From positions 6,167-51,757 of the forward strand of contig CAYONL010000001.1 in NCBI GenBank assembly GCA_964405305.1: a stretch of DNA of 45,591 nt. The letters run 5' to 3'. Below the pieces are notes generated by a model. It searched no databases. It saw only the letters and a program-made list of their open reading frames with translations, and was not told the origin of the DNA. Shown piece after piece: positions 16,844 to 24,082 of the stretch (position 1 is its first letter; each line of letters begins with the position of its first letter). The DNA comes from an uncultured Oscillospiraceae bacterium. Lineage in GTDB: Bacteria > Bacillota > Clostridia > Oscillospirales > Ruminococcaceae. The position numbers were made by a program, and so were the translations under genes.

Positions 16844-19240
16844 TTAAAGTCCCCTCCTCATCTTTTCGGTACGGATGCGGGCCTCTAAGGCCCTGTAGAC
16901 TTTATCGGTTATCTTGTTGATATCCACCGCTTCCTCCACCATGGCCGGCGTCAAAACCGGCGGCGGCGGGTTTTTGCCCGGCGCGTTTATGGCCTCGTGG
17001 GTCTCAACCTTTTTTTCATTTACGGTCGCGGCGGTCTTTCTGTTCTCCGTCTTGCGCACCGTTTCAATGCCGGCGGCGGAAAGAGCCTGCTCTATCTGCG
17101 CCGGGCTGCCGCTCATCCGGTGCACCATGTCTGTGGCGTAAACCGGCGCGGCCTCACGTCTCACGGTGCTGTGTCCGTACTCCACCGACGCCGCTCTTCC
17201 CTGATTTTCCGCATAGGGCTCCCTTTCCCGCCCTGTCTGCGGAGCTTGATACTCCAGCACCGCCGGTCCGGGCCTGTAGCTTTCACGCCTTGACGCGTTC
17301 TTAGCCTGCGCCGCCTGTTCTACGTCCGCCCTGCCCGCGACGCTTTTTTGTTCTTTTACCGAGGCCGGACGCCGCACCGTCTCTGTGGAACCCCTGAGCG
17401 CCGCCGCCAACATTCTTCCCGTCATGTCCGTCTGGCTCAACTTTAACAGCCTTTTCTGCGATATCGCCGGGAACTGCGGCAGTCTCGGCTGCTGCATCTG
17501 GCGCTTCGCCGTGCCCTCCTCCGAAACCTGCGCGGGCGTTTTGTTGTCGGAGCCGTGCTTTGCTCCACGGCGGGCGTTCTGTATGAAATCCTCGAAATTA
17601 TCCCTGGAAATGTCCCCTGCCCTCTGTTTTGCCGCCTGCGGCAGCGTCATATCCGCGGCAAAAGCTGTCTCAGGCTTCCTTGCCACGGCCTCGCTTTGCT
17701 GCGAACGCGGCTGCTCCACGGCTTTGCGGTTTCCGCTGTCCGTCGGCGCCCTCTGCTCGGCACGCTGCTCCGCATACATGATATCTGCGGGCGCGGCCTG
17801 CTCCATACGCCTTGACACCGGCCTAAAGCTGCCCGCCTTTGTCTCATCACGCACCTGGCGCACCGCCGGCCGCGCCGCCGTATCGGTCAAACGCCGCCCG
17901 ACGACATTCTCTTTTTCATCCGCGCGCGCCGTATCTTCCTCCGGATATACCAGCTCCGCCGGCCGCGCCGTTTCGGGAACGCGCAAGCTCTCCGCCTTCT
18001 CCTCAACCGGCCCATGCCGCGCTGCGGAGCTTTGCGGGTTTGGAGTTCTCTCCTCATATGCAAGCGGTCGCGCCGGTTCGGCATCCGCGCTTTCCGCTTT
18101 CCGCACCGGCCTGCTCGCCTTGTCGCTCATTTCAATCCGGGTTTCGCGCTCGCCCTCCGGCTTTTCCGCTGTCCGTGAACCGGACGATTCGTCCGTCCTC
18201 CCGGCACGCTTCTCCTGTGGCGCGCCCTGCTGGTATACCATGCTCGCCGGAGCCGCCGTTTCCGGACGCCTCGCGGCTGTTTCGCCCGCCGTTTTTTCCC
18301 GCGGCGCGCTATATTTATCGGAGTTCCCGGCGGCTTCCCTGCCGCTATCGCCCTCCGCCTTTTGCTCGTTTTCAGTACTTTGCCGTTTTTCCACGGCGGC
18401 CCGGGTGGATCTTTCCACGGCTTTTGCCGTGTCCTGCGCCGCCGGGGAACCCTCCGCGCTTTCTTTCTCGCCAAACACCAGCTCCGCCCCGGTGGGGCGT
18501 TCCGGCGGCCTGCGCTCCGCCGCCATCGGGGAGCCATCCTGCGCGGCGGCCTGCCCCGGCTCGGCCAGCACCGTATCGTGCTCGATCTCACCAGTGTGCT
18601 CGCGCAGCTCCGTAACCCTGTGCTCAAGCGTGCTCACGTCGTGCTCAAGCGTTTCGCGCGTCTCTCTCAGTATTTCCGTCTCATGCAGAAGTGTCTCTTT
18701 TTCCGTCTCAAGTCTATGCTCCACGGCGTCCGGGGCTTTTTCCGGTTTCAGCCAGACCTTTTCGGTCTCCGCCGGGATTGGGGACGCCAAAACGTTTTTC
18801 GTCTCCCGTATCACCTGCATGGCTGTGGTCGGTCCGCCCTTTGCTGTGGCGCCATTTATGCTCTGATAGAGCTTATATGTCTCATTTTTATCCACATACA
18901 CCTTCCCGCTCTCCTTTTGCAGGGCGGCCGGGCGCGACAGCATCATGCCGTGGCGGGTGTATGTGTTCGTTATGTTCGTCACCGCGTCGGTTATCATCTT
19001 ATCGGTGAAACGCAGCTCAAGCTGCAAATTTATCATGGGGTTTTGCTCTATTACGCTGTTTATATGGGTTATATTCGTTATATTCGTCTCGTACTCTGTG
19101 GCCTTCGTCGGCGCGTAGGTCTGATTCTCCAGATACAACATCTGGGCCTCGTCGCTGATGTTCGCGCCAAAATCGGTGTAGCGGTCAATTATGCCGCGGG
19201 AAAAGCCCTTTTCCACGTACATACCTATCATCTGCCACAC
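16844..19240 (-). CDS. Tape-measure-like / tail-length protein (Afp14 class), largely low-complexity
   Basis: 798 aa, positioned between the tube genes and the LysM initiator. It has an ordered N-terminus of about 130 aa and a conserved-looking basic helical C-terminus (INKITDKVYRALEARIRTEKMRRGL). The middle is rich in Ala, Glu, Arg, Pro and Thr. The start is ambiguous (GTG 19240 or ATG 19231). Confidence 0.65.
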   Translation of the reverse strand: MWQMIGMYVEKGFSRGIIDRYTDFGANISDEAQMLYLENQTYAPTKATEYETNITNITHINSVIEQNPMINLQLELRFTDKMITDAVTNITNTYTRHGMMLSRPAALQKESGKVYVDKNETYKLYQSINGATAKGGPTTAMQVIRETKNVLASPIPAETEKVWLKPEKAPDAVEHRLETEKETLLHETEILRETRETLEHDVSTLEHRVTELREHTGEIEHDTVLAEPGQAAAQDGSPMAAERRPPERPTGAELVFGEKESAEGSPAAQDTAKAVERSTRAAVEKRQSTENEQKAEGDSGREAAGNSDKYSAPREKTAGETAARRPETAAPASMVYQQGAPQEKRAGRTDESSGSRTAEKPEGERETRIEMSDKASRPVRKAESADAEPARPLAYEERTPNPQSSAARHGPVEEKAESLRVPETARPAELVYPEEDTARADEKENVVGRRLTDTAARPAVRQVRDETKAGSFRPVSRRMEQAAPADIMYAEQRAEQRAPTDSGNRKAVEQPRSQQSEAVARKPETAFAADMTLPQAAKQRAGDISRDNFEDFIQNARRGAKHGSDNKTPAQVSEEGTAKRQMQQPRLPQFPAISQKRLLKLSQTDMTGRMLAAALRGSTETVRRPASVKEQKSVAGRADVEQAAQAKNASRRESYRPGPAVLEYQAPQTGREREPYAENQGRAASVEYGHSTVRREAAPVYATDMVHRMSGSPAQIEQALSAAGIETVRKTENRKTAATVNEKKVETHEAINAPGKNPPPPVLTPAMVEEAVDINKITDKVYRALEARIRTEKMRRGL
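17138..18496 (-). repeat. Degenerate protein-level repeat in the tape-measure-like protein
   Basis: Eight copies of a short motif ending in a hydrophobic-aromatic pair: PTGAELVF, AAPASMVY, PARPLAY, ARPAELVY, AAPADIMY, AFAADMTL, GPAVLEY, AAPVY. Spacing is irregular (about 37-130 aa). Confidence 0.5.
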
Positions 19241-19263
19241 CGCCCTTCAAACGATTTTACTAA

Positions 19264-19773
19264 TTAGAACGCGCTTATTCCCATCATGCCCATGACTCCG
19301 CCGGCTAACGCCGAAGTTATCGGGTTGGTGTCCAGCTTTTCATAGGCCACCTCAAAGCTCTCTATCCACACCCCGCCGCTGGAAGCGTCCAGGTCGCCCG
19401 CCTTCCAGGATTTCACGTAGCAGCCCTGCAGCGTTATGAGGCTGCAAATGGCGCCATTCCTGCCGCCGACCATTATCAGAATATCATTTGTAAGCCTTTG
19501 TCCCGGGCTAAACCTGAGCTCGAGCAGAGCCGTCACCAGCCCGCGGCCGGCGATACCGCGCTCAAACACCATGGTTTTCTCACCGGTGCGCGGCTTTGCC
19601 AGCGAGTACACCATGTCGTTGGTGCCGCCCTCCTGAAGCGCGTCGGTCTCATACACGTTCTCAATATTTGTGATCTTGGAAAAGCCTAACGGGAACCCCT
19701 GTATGAACACCCTGAACTTGCTGACAGGGTACGGCTCCGGATGCCCATTATACAGCGCTGATAAAATACCCAT
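19264..19773 (-). CDS. Second tube-family protein (Afp5-like tube paralog)
   Basis: 169 aa. SKFRVFIQGFPLGFSKITNIENVYETDALQEGG...MVFERGI parallels the tube protein at 20409-20858 (YRLEIDGI..AAFSEVSGFDATIDVIEYREG). GAGGTG lies 6 nt upstream of the ATG. Confidence 0.7.
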   Translation of the reverse strand: MGILSALYNGHPEPYPVSKFRVFIQGFPLGFSKITNIENVYETDALQEGGTNDMVYSLAKPRTGEKTMVFERGIAGRGLVTALLELRFSPGQRLTNDILIMVGGRNGAICSLITLQGCYVKSWKAGDLDASSGGVWIESFEVAYEKLDTNPITSALAGGVMGMMGISAF

Positions 19774-19776
19774 AGA

Positions 19777-20001
19777 TCACACCTCGAATAAGTTCTTTGG
19801 AGCGTCGCTAATCTGTTTATGTATAGAGGATATCTCGGCGCAAAAACGTCTGCGCGTTCTGTGATCAAGCGTCATAACGGTCTCGTAATCCCAGTGATAG
19901 TAGTACGCGATGAAGGAGACTTCCTTATATACCTCCTCCTCCGGGTAGACCGCTATTCCGCTGAAGTAAAATTTATTTCCTGACGGAACGTGTGTCCGCA
20001 T
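19777..20001 (-). CDS. Small ORF in the -1 frame of the chaperone gene; likely expressed as a frameshift extension (E' / gpT-like)
   Basis: 74 codons overlapping the last 49 nt of the upstream ORF. The ATG at 20001 has no correctly spaced SD. The conserved-looking core is VSFIAYYYHWDYETVMTLDHRTRRRF. See the slippery site at 19968-19974. Confidence 0.55.
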   Translation of the reverse strand: MRTHVPSGNKFYFSGIAVYPEEEVYKEVSFIAYYYHWDYETVMTLDHRTRRRFCAEISSIHKQISDAPKNLFEV

Positions 20002-20327
20002 TCAGGACAGGTTATCTCCTCCACAATTGGCTCCACGGCGTTTATGCGCTGATACATGCTTTGGAGGAACGCAAGGTCGGAGGAATACAGCCGCTCGATA
20101 AGGCGCGGGTCTATCCTTGTGATGTCGCCCAGCCGGGTTATCACCCTTGAAAGCAGGATGATGCTCAGGTATCCCGGATTTTGCACCACCCTCGGGTCCC
20201 GCAGCGGCAATATTTCATCCGCAGCGGTGGCCAGGCGCATTACGCCGTGCCTGTGCAGCGTGCCGTCCTTGTCAATATATCCCTTAGGCAGATCAAATTC
20301 AAATTCCGTGGCAAACATGTCGTCCAT
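19953..20327 (-). CDS. Tail assembly chaperone (P2 gpE / lambda gpG class) with a C-terminal zinc-ribbon-like CPECGH
   Basis: 124 aa located between the tube and tape-measure genes. FEFDLPKGYIDKDGTLHRHGVMRLATAADEILPLRD resembles the E/gp41-type phage tail assembly chaperone family. AGGAGG lies 7 nt upstream of the ATG. Confidence 0.6.
   Translation of the reverse strand: MDDMFATEFEFDLPKGYIDKDGTLHRHGVMRLATAADEILPLRDPRVVQNPGYLSIILLSRVITRLGDITRIDPRLIERLYSSDLAFLQSMYQRINAVEPIVEEITCPECGHTFRQEINFTSAE
19968..19974 (-). promoter_or_regulatory. Candidate -1 programmed ribosomal frameshift heptamer A-AAT-TTT
   Basis: In the zero frame of the 124-aa ORF the codons read ...GAA ATA AAT TTT ACT TCA GCG GAA TAG. 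A AAT TTT fits the X-XXY-YYZ rule, and the -1 frame stays open for 63 more codons. Confidence 0.45.
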
Positions 20328-20367
20328 TTTGTGTCCTCCTAACGCTTACGCTTAAGATTTGGGATGT

Positions 20368-20395
20368 CGGGGAGCCCCAGCCCTGAGGCCCCCCG
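20368..20395 (-). promoter_or_regulatory. GC-rich intercistronic hairpin after the tube gene (no U-run)
   Basis: The minus-strand RNA CGGGGGGCCUCAGGGCUGGGGCUCCCCG can form up to 11 pairs (two G-U) with a 6-nt loop, starting 13 nt after the tube stop. It is not followed by a U-tract. Confidence 0.4.
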
Positions 20396-20408
20396 AAATG
20401 ATAAAAAC

Positions 20409-20858
20409 TTACTGGTTGCGGTGCATCTCTTCATACACGATCTCGACGCTCTCAAACGCTATCTCGGAGGAGGAGGCGTTGAAGTCCGGGGCGGTGTATT
20501 TGCTCGGCCAGGCGTTTATCAGCTCCCAGCTGGCGATGTCGTTGTGGGCGTCATCCTGAAGATAGATGTTCATATCCACTACACGGTCCTCGGCGGCGGC
20601 TTTCGTTCCGTCGGAGATGCCCGTTACCCACTCGTAGAAGGACATGTTCTCGCTCATGCCCCACTTAAGCGTTACGTTGCCGTACTTGGTCAGACCGGGC
20701 ATTTTGCGCGGAGAGTTGATCGTCTCGGTGCCTTCGCGGTACTCGATGACGTCTATCGTCGCGTCGAAGCCGGAAACCTCGGAGAACGCCGCCATATCGA
20801 TCCCATCGATCTCAAGGCGGTAGTTATATTTTTTGTAGGGATAGGTGTTAACTGCCAT
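20409..20858 (-). CDS. CIS tube protein (T4 gp19-like / Afp1 class)
   Basis: 149 aa. MAVNTYPYKKYNYRLEIDGIDMAAFSEVSGFDATIDVIEYREGTE is the canonical tail-tube N-terminus for this family. AAAGGAAGGG lies upstream and the gene directly follows the sheath gene. Confidence 0.9.
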   Translation of the reverse strand: MAVNTYPYKKYNYRLEIDGIDMAAFSEVSGFDATIDVIEYREGTETINSPRKMPGLTKYGNVTLKWGMSENMSFYEWVTGISDGTKAAAEDRVVDMNIYLQDDAHNDIASWELINAWPSKYTAPDFNASSSEIAFESVEIVYEEMHRNQ

Positions 20859-20914
20859 TGTGATTGCCCTTCCTTTCGTTACTCTTTTTTATTTATTTTA
20901 CCGTGTCAGAAGGG

Positions 20915-22633
20915 TTACTCCTTCATGTACTGGGTGATGCGGAAGATGACGAACTCAGCCGGACGGCTGGGCGCGACGCCGATAACGCAGATAAGACGGC
21001 CGTTAAGTATGTCGGACTGGGTCATGGTGTCGTGGCCGATGTTGACAAAGAACGCCTCGTCCTCAGAGGAGCCGACCAGAGCGCCGGAACGGTACATATC
21101 GCGCAGGAACGCGGTGATGGTGCGCTGAACGCGGAGCCACAGCACCTCGTCGTTCGGCTCAAAGACCGCCCAGTTGGTCTGGGATTTGATGGTCTCCTCA
21201 AGGAAGATGAACAGACGGCGCACGTTGACGTATTTCCACAGGCTGTTGGAGGAGCAGGTGCGGCCGCCCCAGACGCGGATACCCTGTCCCGGCAGCGCAC
21301 GGATAAGGTTGACGCCGGCGGGGTTCAGCAGATCCTGCTCGCCCTTGTTGTACATGCAGGAGAGGCCGAGGCAGCTGTTGACGACCTCGTTGGCCGGAGC
21401 TTTGTGCACGCCGCGGGTTTGATCGCTGCGGGCGTAGATGCCCATAACAGCGCCGGACGGAGGAATGTACGCGGCTTTTTTGGCGCCCATGTCGTAGATC
21501 TGGAGCCACGGATGATACATGGCGCAGTAGTCGGAATCGACTATTTCGCGGTGTTTCAGCAGGTCGGTGGCCTTGCTCAGCTCAAACGGCATATCGAGCA
21601 CGGCGAAACGGGAGGCCAGCAGCGAGCAGTGTGAGACGAGCGCAAGCTGTACGGCAGGGCTGGTGATTCCAGGGATGGCCATGATGGAGACGTTGGTGAC
21701 CTCCTCAAACGCGGCAAGACCCGTGCGTTTGCCCGGGGCGTCGCCGCCGCCGATGAAGATGGAGTCGTCGGCTTTCTTGCAGTCGCCGTCAGAACCGCCG
21801 GCAAGACCGAACACCGCGGACTCGGCAGCCGCGTCGCCGGCGATGGCCAGCATAGGCGGGCAGATGTCCTCTATCTCGTTCACCTTGACGTCGACAAGCA
21901 CGGATTTGGACAGCGCGTTCCCGATATAGTCGGTGGAGGAGATGTTCAGCGAGACGTTCTCATAGGCTTCATAGATGTCGTCGCAGACAATTTCCAACGT
22001 CACGTCGCAGGTGGAAACGGTCTTTTTGGGCACGAGGTTTTTGTCGATGAAGTCGCCCTCTATCTCGCTCTCAAAGCAGATGGTGTTGTCCTGCACCTTG
22101 GAAACGCGGTTGTAGCCGATGACCTTGTTTCCGTCGCTGAAGGCCACAACGTCGCCCACGGAGAAGGCGGAAGCGTTCTTTGCGGTGTAGATCGTGGTGG
22201 CGGTGACGGCGTCCTCGGCCTTTTCCATAAGCTGGGTCTTGGCCTTGCTGGCCGCGGTGGCTTTAACCTTGATGTTGTTGCCCCATTTTCCGGGGTTCTT
22301 GGCGGTCATCACGATGGAGCTCATGACGGCCACGGCGGCCTTTGCGTCCTCCGGCGCAACACGCATTACGAAGCAGCGGGAACCGCCATTGTTAAAGAAC
22401 GCTTCCACGGCGTAGGGAAGAAAGCGGTTTTTGCCATAAGCGGCCTCGGAAAGATATCCGCCAAATTTGCGGCGATATTCCGCAAAGCTGGTAACGAACT
22501 CCGGCGTCCCGATAACCGCGCCTTTTTCAGCCATTCCGACGAAGCCGGCGGTGGAGGTGGAAACGCCCTCCATGCCCCTCATTCCGGATTCAAATTCTTC
22601 AACATAGACGCCAGGAGATAAATATTCTGCCAT
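20915..22633 (-). CDS. Contractile sheath protein (Afp2-4 class)
   Basis: 572 aa. N-terminus MAEYLSPGVYVEEFESG and C-terminal domain GVNLIRALPGQGIRVWGGRT...NDEVLWLRVQRTI are hallmark tail-sheath motifs. Confidence 0.93.
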   Translation of the reverse strand: MAEYLSPGVYVEEFESGMRGMEGVSTSTAGFVGMAEKGAVIGTPEFVTSFAEYRRKFGGYLSEAAYGKNRFLPYAVEAFFNNGGSRCFVMRVAPEDAKAAVAVMSSIVMTAKNPGKWGNNIKVKATAASKAKTQLMEKAEDAVTATTIYTAKNASAFSVGDVVAFSDGNKVIGYNRVSKVQDNTICFESEIEGDFIDKNLVPKKTVSTCDVTLEIVCDDIYEAYENVSLNISSTDYIGNALSKSVLVDVKVNEIEDICPPMLAIAGDAAAESAVFGLAGGSDGDCKKADDSIFIGGGDAPGKRTGLAAFEEVTNVSIMAIPGITSPAVQLALVSHCSLLASRFAVLDMPFELSKATDLLKHREIVDSDYCAMYHPWLQIYDMGAKKAAYIPPSGAVMGIYARSDQTRGVHKAPANEVVNSCLGLSCMYNKGEQDLLNPAGVNLIRALPGQGIRVWGGRTCSSNSLWKYVNVRRLFIFLEETIKSQTNWAVFEPNDEVLWLRVQRTITAFLRDMYRSGALVGSSEDEAFFVNIGHDTMTQSDILNGRLICVIGVAPSRPAEFVIFRITQYMKE

Positions 22634-22643
22634 TGCTTCTTTG

Positions 22644-22676
22644 GGCCCGATGCCTTACCATTCGGGCCACTCCTCC
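22644..22676 (-). promoter_or_regulatory. Strong SD separated from the sheath ATG by a hairpin; alternatively it drives a 20-codon out-of-frame uORF (22599-22661)
   Basis: The minus strand reads AAAGGAGGAG-U-[GGCCCGA AUGGUAAGGCA UCGGGCC]-CAAAGAAGCA-AUG(sheath). No good SD lies next to the sheath ATG. GGAGGAG sits 8 nt before an ATG (22661) opening MVRHRAQRSNGRIFISWRLC*, which overlaps the sheath start. Confidence 0.4.
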
Positions 22677-22737
22677 TTTTCCTGTAAGTAGTGATTTGGG
22701 TTTCTTATTAAGTTTGCCGCGGGAGCGATCAATGTCA

Positions 22738-23421
22738 TCACATCGCCTCCGCTTTCAAGAACTGAAAAGCCGGGTCTTTGCCGCTAAATCCGGGTTCCAC
22801 CGGAACAGAAAACTCTCCGTTTTCACCGCACACGGCGGCAAACGTCCTTACCACCTGATCTCCGTTCTTATGCTTTTTCACAAGCGACCTGTCGATCAGG
22901 TATTGGCCTTCGTCGAGCTTTTTCGTGATGATAAACGTTTCGCAGTCGGCCTTTTGCCCTATGGAGAAACGCAGACCCACCAGATCGCGCGTGCTGAACC
23001 CCATGAGCCCAACTTTGGTTCCGGCGTCTGACGCATCCGTTCCCCTGAGGGACAGTGTCAGCGTTTCCGGCGAAGGCAGGATAGCCAATTGCCCGGGTTT
23101 GCCCTTCTTCCCATCCAGCCATTCGCTGTCATGGAACCAGAGCCCCGACCGGCGGAAAAGCCTTACAGTCACCACCGGATATTTTGGGTCCAGCTTCTCC
23201 GTGTCTATCCGGAGTCTCGTGTCAAGGTACTTTGCGCTTGATATGCTGACCTCGAACTCCGTGCCCGGAAGCTCGAAAAAGACCAAATAGCCCTCCGGTT
23301 TTTTCATGGGGCACACCGTTCTTCCGTTTACTGAGAACCGCTGCCCCGGGTCGGACTGAATCGCGCCGTTAAAGTCATCCTGCAACAGCAGCGCGAAGTT
23401 CACCGTCTTCTTGATCACCAA
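22738..23421 (-). CDS. Hypothetical CIS-associated protein (between the cap-like and sheath genes)
   Basis: 227 aa. TTG/GTG start after GAGGGTGA. Beta-rich sequence (NFALLLQDDFNG...YLVFFELPGTEFEVSISSAKY) with no motif I can assign. Its position suggests the second half of a split Afp16-like terminator. Confidence 0.5.
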   Translation of the reverse strand: MVIKKTVNFALLLQDDFNGAIQSDPGQRFSVNGRTVCPMKKPEGYLVFFELPGTEFEVSISSAKYLDTRLRIDTEKLDPKYPVVTVRLFRRSGLWFHDSEWLDGKKGKPGQLAILPSPETLTLSLRGTDASDAGTKVGLMGFSTRDLVGLRFSIGQKADCETFIITKKLDEGQYLIDRSLVKKHKNGDQVVRTFAAVCGENGEFSVPVEPGFSGKDPAFQFLKAEAM

Positions 23422-23440
23422 TCCATCACCCTCTTTCCAG

Positions 23441-23460
23441 CAAGCAGGCGCGCCCGCTTG
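23441..23460 (-). promoter_or_regulatory. Palindromic GC-rich intercistronic hairpin
   Basis: CAAGCGGGCGCGCCUGCUUG forms an approximately 8-bp stem around a central GCGC (it contains GGCGCGCC). It lies 25 nt after the DUF4255 gene stop and has no U-run. Confidence 0.3.
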
Positions 23461-23485
23461 TCACGCAGATTTTATTTTCACTTTT

Positions 23486-24070
23486 TTATCTCTGATCAAG
23501 CTGCTCGACGGACGTCTCCGTCGCCACCACGCGCGAGAAAGGAAGCACGCGCCTGCTGGAAAGCAAGACTGGTGAGACCGAAAAATACACCCCCACCTGA
23601 TATGGCACCGAAAGACTTGACCAGATCTTTGTTTTGTCCTCAAAGCTGAGATTGAGGAATGTTACGCCGGCATCCTCCTCATCCGCGGGTTTGTAAGAGT
23701 GTGCGGCGGTCACATCAATAATCGGCTCGTCGGAAAGAGCCTGCAATGCGCGCCCGAGTATGCGCTGCTCCGCCTCCGCACCGGCTGCTATCTGCGCCCG
23801 GCTGTTGAGAAAGAGCATATAATTCAGGGTCAGCGGCTTGGGCGGGAAGGTTCGGACGTTGTCCGTGCCCCTTGTCTGCTGCGAAGTCCTGTACTCGTTC
23901 AGATCCCTGATGTCGTAAAGAAAAAGCCCCAGCTGGAAATCGCCGTTTTTATCGCTGGGCGACGCAAGCTGTATGGATTCCGGCGACTGCATTGCCTCCG
24001 GACAAAGGGCGTCGCGCAGTTTTTTCAGCAGGCATTCGCTCATATCCGCAATTATCGAAAACTCTGACAA
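23486..24070 (-). CDS. DUF4255-type protein (Afp16/Pvc16 N-terminal, tail cap/terminator class)
   Basis: 194 aa. TTG start with GGGGGAGGAG upstream. IADMSECLLKKLRDAL...IQLASPSDKNGDFQLGLFLYDIRDLNEYR matches the DUF4255 pattern as I remember it (short leader, '...LGLFLYDI.en' segment). This family is a hallmark of eCIS loci. Confidence 0.75.
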   Translation of the reverse strand: MSEFSIIADMSECLLKKLRDALCPEAMQSPESIQLASPSDKNGDFQLGLFLYDIRDLNEYRTSQQTRGTDNVRTFPPKPLTLNYMLFLNSRAQIAAGAEAEQRILGRALQALSDEPIIDVTAAHSYKPADEEDAGVTFLNLSFEDKTKIWSSLSVPYQVGVYFSVSPVLLSSRRVLPFSRVVATETSVEQLDQR

Positions 24071-24082
24071 AAGCTCCTCCCC

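Noticed and set aside
22690-22737. Possible internal promoter ahead of the sheath gene (TTGATC, 17 nt, AATAAG).
   Set aside because: The -10 element is poor (4 of 6 matches) and the site lies in a short gap within a tightly coupled operon. It cannot be supported from sequence alone.
7450-24070. Interpretation as a myovirus prophage or a simple R-type tailocin.
   Set aside because: The window contains no capsid, portal, terminase, integrase, holin or endolysin gene. The DUF4255 cap-like protein and a dedicated AAA+ ATPase in the same operon are hallmarks of eCIS-type systems, not of phage tails. A lysis cassette outside the window cannot be excluded.
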